Of a stretch of DNA of 64,000 nucleotides, positions 25,209 through 34,190 are shown in pieces. This DNA comes from an uncultured Fibrobacteraceae bacterium (GTDB lineage Bacteria; Krumholzibacteriota; Krumholzibacteriia; LZORAL124-64-63), in the NCBI GenBank assembly GCA_964436825.1, contig CAYTEO010000003.1, positions 64,679-128,678 of the forward strand, given 5' to 3'. The notes under the pieces are model-generated. The model searched no databases. It was not told where the DNA came from and saw nothing but the letters and a program-made list of their open reading frames with translations. Made by a program: the position numbers and the translations under genes. Every line of letters begins with the position of its first letter. Within the stretch, counting starts at the first letter, position 1.

Positions 25209-26603
25209 TCAGTGGAGGGCCAGGTACCGGTCCAGCTCCCAGGGATGGACCTGGGAGATGTATTCCAGCCAGACGTTCTCCTTGTGGGCCAGGAAATGGG
25301 TCCAGATGTGCTCGCCCAGCGCCTCGACCATGATCTTGTCCTTGCGCAGCTGGACCAGCGCCTCGCCCAGGTTGCCGGGCAGCTGCTGGATGCGCAGGCG
25401 GCGCTTCTCCCGCTGGCTCATGGCGAAGATGTTCTTGTTGACCGGCGGGCCGGGGTCGATCCGGTTGACCAGTCCGTCCCATCCCGCGGTCAGCATGGCC
25501 GCGAAGGCCAGGTAGGGATTGCAGCTCGGGTCGGGGACCCGCACCTCGACCCGGGTCCCGTTGCCGCGCCGGGCGGGGACGCGGGCCAGGGGCGAGCGGT
25601 TGTGCTCCGACCAGGCGACGTTGACCGGCGCCTCGTAGCCGGGCACCAGCCGCTTGTAGGAGTTGACCAGCGGATTGGTGATGGCCACGAAGCCCCGTGC
25701 GTGGGCCAGGATGCCGCCGATGTACCAGCGGGCGATCTCGCTCAGCTCGAAGGGACCGTCGGGATCGTAGAAGGCGTTGACGCTCCCGCCGTCGCGCTCG
25801 TGGAACAGGGACTGGTGGGTGTGCATCCCCGAGCCGTTGATCCCGTAGATGGGCTTGGGCATGAAAGTGGCATGCAGGCCGAAGTCGCGGGCCACCTTCT
25901 TGACGACCATCTTCAGGGTCATGACCATGTCGGCCGACTCGAGGGCGTCGGCGTACTTGAAGTCGATCTCGTGCTGGCCCGGCGCCACCTCGTGGTGGGC
26001 CGCCTCGATCTCGAACCCGATCTCCTCCAGGATGTTGACGATGTCGCGGCGGCACTCCTCCCCCCGGTCCACCGGCAGCAGGTCGAAGTACCCGCCGGCG
26101 TCGTGGGTCCGCACGGTGGGCCGTCCCTTCTCGTCCAGCTCGAAGAGGAAGAACTCCATCTCCGGGCCGCAGACCGGCTGCAGGCCCATGTCGGTCAACC
26201 GGGCGATGGCCCGCTTCAACGTCAGGCGCGGGCACCCCTCGAAGGGGGTGTGGTCGGCCTTGTAGACGTCGCAGATCAACCTGGCCTCCCGTCCCTGCTC
26301 CCTGCCGAAGGGCAGCGGGGCGTAGGTCCTCAGGTCGGGCACCAGCAGCATGTCCGACTCCTCGATGCGCGAGAAACCCTCGATGGACGAGCCGTCGAAC
26401 ATGATCTCGCCGCGCAGCGCCTTCTCGAACTGGGAATCGGGAACCTCAACGTTCTTGCTGTGCCCCTGGATGTCCGAGAACATCAGGCGCAGGAAGTGGA
26501 TCCTGTCCTTTCGCATCCTCTCCAGCAGCTCCTGCCGCTCCTGCTCGGTGGCGATCACGCCCGGGGCGAACCGATCCCGACCAGTTCCACCTGTCGTCGC
26601 CAT
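25209..26603 (-). CDS. glnA: Glutamine synthetase type I (GSI-alpha-like)
   Basis: MFDGSSIEGFSRIEESDM, HHEVAPGQHEIDFKY, TFMPKP..GINGSGMHTHQSL, NSYKRLVPGYEAP, RVEVRVPDPSCNPYLA. Confidence 0.97.
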   Translation of the reverse strand: MATTGGTGRDRFAPGVIATEQERQELLERMRKDRIHFLRLMFSDIQGHSKNVEVPDSQFEKALRGEIMFDGSSIEGFSRIEESDMLLVPDLRTYAPLPFGREQGREARLICDVYKADHTPFEGCPRLTLKRAIARLTDMGLQPVCGPEMEFFLFELDEKGRPTVRTHDAGGYFDLLPVDRGEECRRDIVNILEEIGFEIEAAHHEVAPGQHEIDFKYADALESADMVMTLKMVVKKVARDFGLHATFMPKPIYGINGSGMHTHQSLFHERDGGSVNAFYDPDGPFELSEIARWYIGGILAHARGFVAITNPLVNSYKRLVPGYEAPVNVAWSEHNRSPLARVPARRGNGTRVEVRVPDPSCNPYLAFAAMLTAGWDGLVNRIDPGPPVNKNIFAMSQREKRRLRIQQLPGNLGEALVQLRKDKIMVEALGEHIWTHFLAHKENVWLEYISQVHPWELDRYLALH

Positions 26604-26631
26604 GAGTTCCTCCAGTTCAGATTGTCCGGCA

Positions 26632-26654
26632 GATTATGCATTATGCGCACAATC
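26632..26654. promoter_or_regulatory. Inverted repeat in the glnA leader (candidate operator)
   Basis: GATTATGC-N7-GCACAATC (7/8 complementary), just downstream of the predicted glnA start site. Confidence 0.4.
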
Positions 26655-26672
26655 AGCATGTCATAATAACGT

Positions 26673-26701
26673 ATTCTAGCCGACTATTGGACATTTGTCA
26701 G
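26673..26701 (-). promoter_or_regulatory. sigma70-type promoter for glnA
   Basis: Minus strand CTGACA-N17-TAGAAT. Confidence 0.6.
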
Positions 26702-26756
26702 CTCAAATTTGCCGATCTTGTCAATTTTTCATGCCACCGACGCTCCCTGCCCGCCA

Positions 26757-26786
26757 TTGACGATGTGGTACGTTCCGTGCTACCCT
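26757..26786 (+). promoter_or_regulatory. sigma70-type promoter for phoH-family gene
   Basis: TTGACG-N18-TACCCT with a TGn extension. Confidence 0.45.
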
Positions 26787-26837
26787 CCACGGCGAGGTGC
26801 ATGGATGCGCTACTCACATCACCGGAAGGAACACCGC

Positions 26838-28184
26838 ATGTCCGGGACCGCCCCCTCCCTCAACGGCGTCAAGATCGAGGCCATGACCGGCCGCTGCTAC
26901 CTGCTGGACACCAACGTTCTGCTCCACGACGCGGGCGCCCTGCACTGTTTCGACGAGCACACGATCGTCTTGACCGTCGATGTCCTGGAGGAGCTGGATC
27001 GCTTCAAGCGACAGAACGACGAGCGCGGCCGCAACGCGCGTCGCGTCATCCGGACCATCGACGAGCTGCGCGGCCGGGGTCCGCTGCGCGAGGGGGCTCC
27101 CCTGCCAGGAGGCGGCAAGCTGTTCATCCTGGTCGACACCTATGTCGACCACCTTCCCCGCGGCATGGACCTCTCGGTCCCCGACAACCGGATCCTGGCC
27201 GCGGCGCTCTACCTGCAGCAGCACGGCATCGACATCACCTTCGTCACCAAGGACATCAACGCCCGGGTCAAGGGCGACGCGCTGGGGATCCCCTCGGAGG
27301 ATCTCCAGTCCAGCACCGTCAACTTCGACGAGCTCTACAGCGGCTGGCGGGAGCTGGACGTGGACGGTGCCGTGGTCGACTCCTTCTACGCCGAGGGGCA
27401 CGTCGCCCTCGAGACGCCCCTGCACCCCAACCAGGGCGTCCTGCTCCGCGACGCCGCCAACCCCAAGCACACGGCCCTGGGCATCCACGACGCCGCCACG
27501 GGGCGGGTGACGCGGCTGCAGTTCGAGGAGGCTCGCCCCTGGGGCCTGCAGGCCCTGAACGTCCAGCAGCGGTTCGCCCTGGAGCTGCTGCTGCGGCCCG
27601 AGATCCAGCTGGTGACCCTGCTGGGCCAGGCCGGCACCGGCAAGACCCTGCTCGCCCTGGCGGTCGGCCTGCAGAAGGTCGTCGAGGAGAAGCAGTACCG
27701 CCGGATCATGGTCTCGCGGCCCATCGTGCCGCTGGGCAAGGACATCGGCTACCTGCCCGGTTCCAAGGAGGAGAAGCTGGAGAGCTGGATGGAGCCGATC
27801 TTCGACAACCTCCAGTTCCTGGTCGACCCCCAGCTGGAGCAGACGAGCGACAAGATCGATTACCTGTTCGACACCGGGGTCATCGAGGTGGAGGCGGTCA
27901 CCTACATCCGCGGCCGCAGCCTGCCGCGGCTGTTCATCATCATCGACGAGGCCCAGAACCTCACTCCCCACGAGGTCAAGACCGTCATCAGCCGCGCGGG
28001 GAAGGAGACGAAGGTCGTCCTGACCGGCGACGCCTACCAGATCGACAATCCCTACCTGGACGCGTCGAGCAACGGCCTGACCTACGTCGTGGAGAAGTTC
28101 AAGGAGCAGCCGATCCACGGGCACATCACGCTGACCCGCAGCGAGCGCAGCGAGCTGGCCAGCCTGGCGGCGAGCCTGCTCTGA
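26838..28184 (+). CDS. PhoH-family protein with N-terminal PIN domain (PhoH2-like)
   Basis: YLLDTNVLLHD (PIN), DNRIL, VTKD.N.RVK; GQAGTGKTLL, GYLPG, YIRGRSL, IIIDEAQN, LTGD..QID. Start MSGT at ATG 26838 has an SD. Confidence 0.93.
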   Translation: MSGTAPSLNGVKIEAMTGRCYLLDTNVLLHDAGALHCFDEHTIVLTVDVLEELDRFKRQNDERGRNARRVIRTIDELRGRGPLREGAPLPGGGKLFILVDTYVDHLPRGMDLSVPDNRILAAALYLQQHGIDITFVTKDINARVKGDALGIPSEDLQSSTVNFDELYSGWRELDVDGAVVDSFYAEGHVALETPLHPNQGVLLRDAANPKHTALGIHDAATGRVTRLQFEEARPWGLQALNVQQRFALELLLRPEIQLVTLLGQAGTGKTLLALAVGLQKVVEEKQYRRIMVSRPIVPLGKDIGYLPGSKEEKLESWMEPIFDNLQFLVDPQLEQTSDKIDYLFDTGVIEVEAVTYIRGRSLPRLFIIIDEAQNLTPHEVKTVISRAGKETKVVLTGDAYQIDNPYLDASSNGLTYVVEKFKEQPIHGHITLTRSERSELASLAASLL

Positions 28185-28230
28185 CCCGTGGGCACCGCTG
28201 GCGCGGTGACGTCGAACCGGCCGCGACGGC

Positions 28231-28995
28231 TCAGGGGGCCGTCGACAGGTACTGGCGCAGCTGGCCCAGCAGACAGGCGTTGCACCGCTTGACGGCCACC
28301 GGCAGGTAGCGTTCCGCCCACTCCCTGTCCCGCCGCGAGGTCAGCGGCTCGTGGATCGTCTGGTCCAGATCCCCCACACACGTCTGCTCCCAGACCTGCC
28401 GTCCCTGGCGGTCCCGCAGGACGAGATGAACCTCCACCTCGGCGTGCTGGCGGGCCGGCAGCGGCAACGCCCCCATGGCCACGACGCTCAGCAGCAGGCC
28501 CCGCTTCAGGCGGTCGCTGCCGTTGTCCCCCCAGGCGGCGCCGGTCAGCATCCCCGCTCCCGGCGGCAGCAGGTAGGAGGCGGCGTTGCGCTCCAGGCGG
28601 CAGGAGAACGAGTAGATCTCCGCCTCCAGGACGTAGTCCGCCTCCGAGGGCAACGGCACCGGACGGGCCAGGCGGGTCTGGTCGATGTCCTGCAGCAGGG
28701 CCTGCCGGTACATCTGGACGACGGGCAGCTCCCAGTTCCTGTCGGCGGGATAGGTGATGCCGGTGAAGTGGCCGGCCCCGTGCCGCTGCGCGTGGGGACG
28801 CATGTCGGTGATCGTGCCGACGTGGACGGTGGGCAGCGCCCCCGACTCCGGGTAGACGAGCTGCTCGGAGGGATAGGGGAACCCGATGTGCCGGTTCGCC
28901 GCGCAGCCGGCCAGCAGCAGGAGTCCCACGAGGGCCGGGACCGCCGCCAACAGCGCGGCGGTCCGCCGGCGGGCAGGGGTGCGTCTTGTGGTCAT
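28231..28995 (-). CDS. Hypothetical lipoprotein
   Basis: Basic N-terminus and lipobox LLLAGC. ATG 28995 overlaps the upstream stop. Confidence 0.75.
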   Translation of the reverse strand: MTTRRTPARRRTAALLAAVPALVGLLLLAGCAANRHIGFPYPSEQLVYPESGALPTVHVGTITDMRPHAQRHGAGHFTGITYPADRNWELPVVQMYRQALLQDIDQTRLARPVPLPSEADYVLEAEIYSFSCRLERNAASYLLPPGAGMLTGAAWGDNGSDRLKRGLLLSVVAMGALPLPARQHAEVEVHLVLRDRQGRQVWEQTCVGDLDQTIHEPLTSRRDREWAERYLPVAVKRCNACLLGQLRQYLSTAP

Positions 28996-29846
28996 GCGTC
29001 GTCCTCCACCGGGTCTGTTTCCTGGTCGTCCGTCGCCAGGGTGACGACGTCCCCCGGGCGCCAGCCGAACCGGGCGGCGGCTGGTTCGTCGCGGAGAGCC
29101 AGCTCCACGGTCCCCCCGCTGCCGCGGTACCAGAAGGGCCGGCCGGGCGATGCGGCGCCGAAGGTGGGCCGGGGACCGGCGACCACGACGCCGCGGCAGC
29201 GGAGCAGGCACTCCGGGGCCGGCAGCGCCGCCGACGCTGCCGGGATGTCGGTGATCGCGTTGCCGAAGCGGTCGATCCAGACGACCCGCCCCAGGGCTCC
29301 CCCGGGCAGGGGCCGTCGCGGTGCCTCGCCCAGCAGGTCCGGCCCGGCTGGCGAACCCAGCTGGTCGAGGGGCACCCCCTGGGCCAGGTGCGCCGCCGCC
29401 GGGGCGAAGACGTCCCGCCCGTGGAAGGTCGGCGCGGGTCCCTCCCCGTCCGCGGCGTGATAGAGGGACCGGTCCAGCCGGACGACGTGAAGATCGGGGA
29501 CACCGGCCAGGTGCGCAAACAGGCCGTTGCCCGGCCCGACGTAGAAGTGTCCCCCGGCGCGGAGGGCCAGGGCGGGCCGCTCCGTCCCCACGCCGGGGTC
29601 GACGACGACGACATGGACGCTCCCTGGCGGGAAGCGCGGACAGGTCCGCGCGACGATCCAGGCGCCGGCCGCGATGTCCCCCGGGGGAACGTCGTGGGTC
29701 ACGTCGACGATCGGCGGCGGCGACCCGCCCTCGGCCACCTGGGGCCAGCGTCGCCACTGGACGTGTAGGGCCGCCTTGACCTCGGCCACGTAGGGGTCGC
29801 GCAGGCCGAAGTCCGTCGTCAGGGTCACCACGGGCGCGCGGTTCAT
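28992..29846 (-). CDS. SAM hydroxide adenosyltransferase (DUF62, chlorinase/fluorinase superfamily)
   Basis: VTLTTDFG..DPYV, VVVVDPGVGTER, TFHGRDVFAP, IDRFGN.IT. Confidence 0.92.
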   Translation of the reverse strand: MNRAPVVTLTTDFGLRDPYVAEVKAALHVQWRRWPQVAEGGSPPPIVDVTHDVPPGDIAAGAWIVARTCPRFPPGSVHVVVVDPGVGTERPALALRAGGHFYVGPGNGLFAHLAGVPDLHVVRLDRSLYHAADGEGPAPTFHGRDVFAPAAAHLAQGVPLDQLGSPAGPDLLGEAPRRPLPGGALGRVVWIDRFGNAITDIPAASAALPAPECLLRCRGVVVAGPRPTFGAASPGRPFWYRGSGGTVELALRDEPAAARFGWRPGDVVTLATDDQETDPVEDDA

Positions 29847-31420
29847 CGCCTTCCCTCCGGCGCCATCGCCACGGGGACACGGCCCCGCCAGTGCAGCCAG
29901 GCTACCAGCAGCGCCACGCCCAGCGGCAGCGACAGCCAGGGCGAGAGGCCGAAGCCCGCCGGCAGGTAACCCGCCGCCAGCGCGGCCGCGGCCACGACCA
30001 GGGCATACGGCATCTGGGTACGGACGTGCTCGACGTGGTCGCAACCGGAGGCCATCGACGACATGATCGTCGTGTCCGACAGGGGCGAGCAGTGGTCCCC
30101 GAAGACCGATCCCGCCAGGACGGCCCGGACCGAGGCCAGCAGGATCCCCGTCGCCGCCGCGCCGCCGATCCCCGCCTCGGCCGGCAGCGCCGCGGCCACC
30201 GGGAAGACCATGGGGATCAGGATGGCCATCGTGCCCCAGGAGGTGCCGGTGGAGAAGCTGACGGCCGCCGCCAGCAGGAAGGTCACCGCCGGCAGCAGGT
30301 GGACCGACAGCAGGCCGCGGCTGGCGTCCACCAGCCAGCGGCCGGTCCCCAGCTCGTCGCAGACCTTGCCCAGGGACCAGGCCAGCACGAGGATGGCCAT
30401 GGCGACCAGCATCTCCCTGGCGCCGGCCAGCCACGCCTCCCCGATCTCCCCGAGCGACAACCGGCCGGCGACACGCACCAGGACACCGGCAACCAGCACG
30501 CCTCCCAGCGACGCCCACATCAGGACGGCCAGGCTGTCGGCGGCGTTGAGGATCTCCCGCAGCGCCGGTGCCTCGCCGCCTGCCGCCAGCACGGCGGCGC
30601 GGCCGTTGGCCCACAGGCCGACGATCGTCACCAGGATGACCGCCAGGATCGGCACCGCCCCCAGCCAGGGCGAGGCGGGAGTCGCGGAGACGGCCTGCAG
30701 GGTCGTCGGCCCCCGTGCCGGCCCGCCCGCCGCGGCGGCGGCCGCCGCCTCCGCCCGGGCCATGGGACCGAAGTCGCGGCCGCTGACGGCCACCAGGTAA
30801 ACGAAGACCAGCGTCAGCAGCGGGTAGAAGCTGTAGGGCAGGCTGCGCAGGAAGAAGAGGTAGCCGGAGCCCTCGAGCTGGAGCCGGGTCATGGCGTCCT
30901 GGATCAGCCCCACCTCGAAGCCGATCCAGGTGGAGACGATCGCCACCGAGGTGACCGGCGCCGCCGTGCTGTCGACCAGGTAGGCCAGCTTGGCGCGGGA
31001 AACGCGCAGCCGGTCGCAGAGGGGCCGCAGGGCGTTGCCCACCAGCAGGGTGTTGGCGTAGTCGTCGAAGAAGATGGCCGTCCCCATGGCCGCCGTCGCC
31101 GTCTGGGCGGCCCGGCGGTCCCTGACCCGGCCGGTCAGGGCGCGGACGACCCCCTCCATGGCGCCGGCTCGCGAGAGGATCCCGACCATCCCGCCCAGCA
31201 GGAGGGAGAACAGGACGATGGCGGCGTGGTCGCGGTCGGCAAGGGCGTCGACGAGATAGGTGTCGGCCACCCGCAGCAGCGCCGTCACCGGCCGGCCGCC
31301 GGCCAGGATCAGCGCTCCCGACCAGACGCCCAGCAGCAGGGCCAGCAGCACCTGGCGCAGGGCCAGGGCCAGGCCGATGGCCAGCAGGGGCGGCACGAGC
31401 GAGAGCCAGCCGTGGGTCAT
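29843..31420 (-). CDS. Na+/H+ antiporter NhaC-family transporter
   Basis: SLVPPLLAIGLAL, IFFDDYAN, RAKLAYLVDSTAAP, SFSTGTSWGT, GSVFGDHCSPLSDTTIMSS, HVRTQMPYA. Confidence 0.92.
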   Translation of the reverse strand: MTHGWLSLVPPLLAIGLALALRQVLLALLLGVWSGALILAGGRPVTALLRVADTYLVDALADRDHAAIVLFSLLLGGMVGILSRAGAMEGVVRALTGRVRDRRAAQTATAAMGTAIFFDDYANTLLVGNALRPLCDRLRVSRAKLAYLVDSTAAPVTSVAIVSTWIGFEVGLIQDAMTRLQLEGSGYLFFLRSLPYSFYPLLTLVFVYLVAVSGRDFGPMARAEAAAAAAAGGPARGPTTLQAVSATPASPWLGAVPILAVILVTIVGLWANGRAAVLAAGGEAPALREILNAADSLAVLMWASLGGVLVAGVLVRVAGRLSLGEIGEAWLAGAREMLVAMAILVLAWSLGKVCDELGTGRWLVDASRGLLSVHLLPAVTFLLAAAVSFSTGTSWGTMAILIPMVFPVAAALPAEAGIGGAAATGILLASVRAVLAGSVFGDHCSPLSDTTIMSSMASGCDHVEHVRTQMPYALVVAAAALAAGYLPAGFGLSPWLSLPLGVALLVAWLHWRGRVPVAMAPEGRR

Positions 31421-31746
31421 CGGTCCTCCTCTCCGCAGGCCCACGCCAGGTAGTCGCGGTCGACCTCGACGCACGGCCAGGCCACCAGCTGGGGAACCTC
31501 GTAGGGATGGGAGGCGCGGAGACGGTCGAGGCACTCCCGCAAGCGTCGACGGCAGACCTTGAGGGTCAGGGGGACCTCCGGGTCCTGCTGCAGCCGGCCC
31601 TGCCAGACGTAGCAGGACTCGATCCCCGCCTCCACCTGGGCGCACGCCGCCAGGCCGGCGGCGACCAGGTCCCGGCCCAGCGACAGGGCCGTCTCCCGGT
31701 CGGGGCAGGTCGTCCGGACGATCCACAGCTCCCGCTCAGAGGACAT
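31417..31746 (-). CDS. cutA: Divalent-cation tolerance protein CutA
   Basis: TTCPD...LVAAGLAACAQV..IES.Y.WQG...HPYEVPQL...YLAW. Real part of track ORF 31417..32367. Confidence 0.9.
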   Translation of the reverse strand: MSSERELWIVRTTCPDRETALSLGRDLVAAGLAACAQVEAGIESCYVWQGRLQQDPEVPLTLKVCRRRLRECLDRLRASHPYEVPQLVAWPCVEVDRDYLAWACGEEDR

Positions 31747-32551
31747 CGGCGAAGACCTCCTGCAACAGGGCCAGCAGCTCGCCGTGGAGCCCTGCCACGG
31801 CGGCGACGACGTGCCGTCCGTCCAGCGTCCCGGACCGGCCCGCCAGGTCGGTGACGACGACGCCGGCCTCGCGGGCCACCAGCGAGCCACCGGCCACGTC
31901 CCAGGGCCGCAGCGACCACTCCCAGTAGCCGTCCAGCCGCCCCGCGGCCGTCCAGCAGAGGTCCAGGGCGGCGCTGCCGCAGCGGCGCACGCCGTGGCAG
32001 CCGCGGCGCAGGACGGCGGCCACGGCCCGCGCGTTGCGGTCCACCATCTCGTCGCGGACGTAGGGGAAGCCCGTGGCCAGCAGGGCCCGGTCCAGGGGCA
32101 CCGACGCGCCGCGGCGCAGGCGGTGTTGCTTGCCGGCGAGGGGACGCTCCAGCCAGGCCCCCACGCCGCGCCGGGCCAGGTAGAGCTCGTCCAGGGCCGG
32201 GGCGTAGACGGCGGCCAGCAGCTCGCCGTCCGCGTCGCGGCAAGCCAGCGAGACGCAGTAGGCGGGATGGCCATGGACATAGTTGGTGGTCCCGTCCAGG
32301 GGATCCACCAGCCAGATCCGGCCCGAGGCGCCGTCGCGGCGGGACCCCTCCTCGGCCGCCACCGCATCGTCCGGGAAGACCTCCTGCAGCCGCCGCGTCA
32401 CTTCCGCCTCGACGCGACGGTCCAGGTCGGTCACCATGTCGTTGGCGGCCTTGTAGTCGATCTGCCGGACCTGGTCGGCGGCCGCCAGCTGCAGGCGCCC
32501 CGCCGCCACGGCGATCTCCCGCAACTGCCGCAGTTCCTTATCCGTGCCCAC
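31736..32551 (-). CDS. suhB: Inositol monophosphatase family protein
   Basis: DMVTDLD, AEEG, WLVDPLDGTTNYVHG, RRCGSAALDL, PWDVAGG. Confidence 0.93.
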   Translation of the reverse strand: MGTDKELRQLREIAVAAGRLQLAAADQVRQIDYKAANDMVTDLDRRVEAEVTRRLQEVFPDDAVAAEEGSRRDGASGRIWLVDPLDGTTNYVHGHPAYCVSLACRDADGELLAAVYAPALDELYLARRGVGAWLERPLAGKQHRLRRGASVPLDRALLATGFPYVRDEMVDRNARAVAAVLRRGCHGVRRCGSAALDLCWTAAGRLDGYWEWSLRPWDVAGGSLVAREAGVVVTDLAGRSGTLDGRHVVAAVAGLHGELLALLQEVFADVL

Positions 32552-32592
32552 GTCGTCCTCCCGTCGTCGCCCCGGATCGGGATGTGCAGCGC

Positions 32593-32621
32593 ATCATAAG
32601 GGGCCGGGGTCGAGGGGACAA
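32593..32621 (-). promoter_or_regulatory. sigma70-type promoter for suhB operon
   Basis: Minus strand TTGTCC-N17-TATGAT. Confidence 0.65.
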
Positions 32622-32770
32622 CACCCGGCTGTCGTCGCTTGCCCGATTCCCCGCCGCCGGACCGCCGGCCGTCCGGCGATCCCCGTCCCGCAAGGCCCTC
32701 CCCCGGGCGATATCGCGCCGGTGCGCCTTGCCGGCATCCGCGACTTGCCTCGCACGCGATCACTGCACAA

Positions 32771-32786
32771 TGTTATCTGCAAAACA
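32771..32786. promoter_or_regulatory. Rex-like palindromic operator upstream of rnfC
   Basis: TGTTA-tctgca-AAACA, with flanks shared with the nuoA upstream site. Confidence 0.5.
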
Positions 32787-32849
32787 GAAGACGGCGTAAT
32801 TTTAACAGGCGCCGGATACACTTCTGCTTCCACTGCTGGAGCCTGTGAC

Positions 32850-34187
32850 ATGACACCGCGAAGCTTCCGGGGTGGGGTCCATCCGCCGGAATACAAGGAG
32901 CTGACCAGGGACAAACCCATCGAGCCCATGCCCCCGGGTGCGAGGCTCCTCGTCCCGCTGTCCCAGCACCTGGGCCGGCCGGCGACCCCCGTGGTCGGCA
33001 AGGGGGATGTCGTCCGGCGCGGACAGCCGCTGGCCGAGAGCACCGGTCCGATCTCCTCCCCCGTCCACGCACCGGTCGACGGCAAGGTCCTGAAGCTGGC
33101 CAAGGGACCCGTGGCCGGCGGGACGCTGGCCGAGATGGTCGTCATCGAGCCGGAGCAATCCCCCCCGGCCGATGACGGGCGCCCGCCGTTGCCGCCGCTG
33201 GAACCGGAAGCGGTGACCGGCGACCGGATCGTGGAACGCGTGCGCGAGGCGGGCATCGTCGGCCTGGGCGGCGCCGCCTTTCCCACCGCCGTCAAGCTCA
33301 GCCCGCCGCCGGACAAGCCCATCGACTGGTTGCTCATCAACGGCGCCGAGTGCGAGCCCTACCTCACCCGGGACTACCGCCTGATGCTGGAGCGGACCGC
33401 CGACCTGGTCGAGGGCATCCGGCTGCTCGGCCGGGCGCTCGGCGACGGGGTCCGCCTGGGGATCGGCATCGAGGACAACAAGCCGCAGGCCGTCGCGGCC
33501 CTGCGCGAGGCCGCGGCCGGACGGGGATGCCGGATCGAGATCTTCGAGCTGCGGACCAAGTATCCCCAGGGCGCGGAGAAGATGCTCATCCATGCCGCCA
33601 CGGGGCGCAGCGTGCCGCCGGGGTCCCTGCCCATGGAGGTGGGCTGCGTGATCCAGAACGTGGGCACCGCCCTGGCCGTCCGCGACGCGGTGGTGCTCGG
33701 CGAGGTGCCCTGCACCGCCACCCTCACCGTGAGCGGTCTGGGTGTCGTGGAGCCCAAGAACCTGCAGGTGCCCATCGGCACGCCGCTGCGCGACGTCCTG
33801 GCGTACTGCGGCGGCGTCAGGGCCACGGCCAGGCGCGTCGTGGCCGGCGGTCCCATGATGGGCTTCGCCGTCCACTCCCTCGACGTACCGGTGGTCAAGG
33901 CCACCAGCGGCGTGCTCGTGCTCACGGAACAGGAGCTGCGAGCACCCGCCGAAACCGCCTGCATCCGCTGCGACAGGTGCGTTGCCGCCTGCCCCATCGG
34001 CCTGCTGCCCCGGCGCCTGGCCCGGCTGGCCAGGCTGGGCCGGTTCGCCGAGGCACGCGCCCAGGGCGTCGAGCACTGCATGGAGTGCGGCACCTGCGCC
34101 TTCACCTGCCCCGCCCACCAGCCCCTGGTGCAGTACCTGCGCCTGGGAAAGAGGGGCGTCCGCAACCTGCCCCGGGAGGGAGGCTGA
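32850..34187 (+). CDS. rnfC: Rnf complex subunit C
   Basis: SFRGGVHP, GIVGLGGAAFPT, INGAECEPYLT.D, KYPQGAEK, GGPMMG, CIRCDRCVAACP, CMECGTCAFTCP. Confidence 0.96.
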   Translation: MTPRSFRGGVHPPEYKELTRDKPIEPMPPGARLLVPLSQHLGRPATPVVGKGDVVRRGQPLAESTGPISSPVHAPVDGKVLKLAKGPVAGGTLAEMVVIEPEQSPPADDGRPPLPPLEPEAVTGDRIVERVREAGIVGLGGAAFPTAVKLSPPPDKPIDWLLINGAECEPYLTRDYRLMLERTADLVEGIRLLGRALGDGVRLGIGIEDNKPQAVAALREAAAGRGCRIEIFELRTKYPQGAEKMLIHAATGRSVPPGSLPMEVGCVIQNVGTALAVRDAVVLGEVPCTATLTVSGLGVVEPKNLQVPIGTPLRDVLAYCGGVRATARRVVAGGPMMGFAVHSLDVPVVKATSGVLVLTEQELRAPAETACIRCDRCVAACPIGLLPRRLARLARLGRFAEARAQGVEHCMECGTCAFTCPAHQPLVQYLRLGKRGVRNLPREGG

Positions 34188-34190
34188 CAC

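Noticed and set aside
26719-26736. TGGCATGAAAAATTGA (minus strand) as a sigma54 promoter for glnA
   Set aside because: The -24/-12 spacing is off by one and the conserved GC is missing; a better sigma70 match lies nearby.
28992-29846. Possible fluorinase/chlorinase (halogenase)
   Set aside because: It has TFHGRD and the DPGVG...R Asp/Arg/His set typical of SAM hydroxide adenosyltransferases, and no halometabolite cluster is nearby.
32765-32771. GCACAAT shared between glnA and rnf upstream regions
   Set aside because: Only a 7-nt half-site; the rnf region lacks the partner half of the glnA palindrome.
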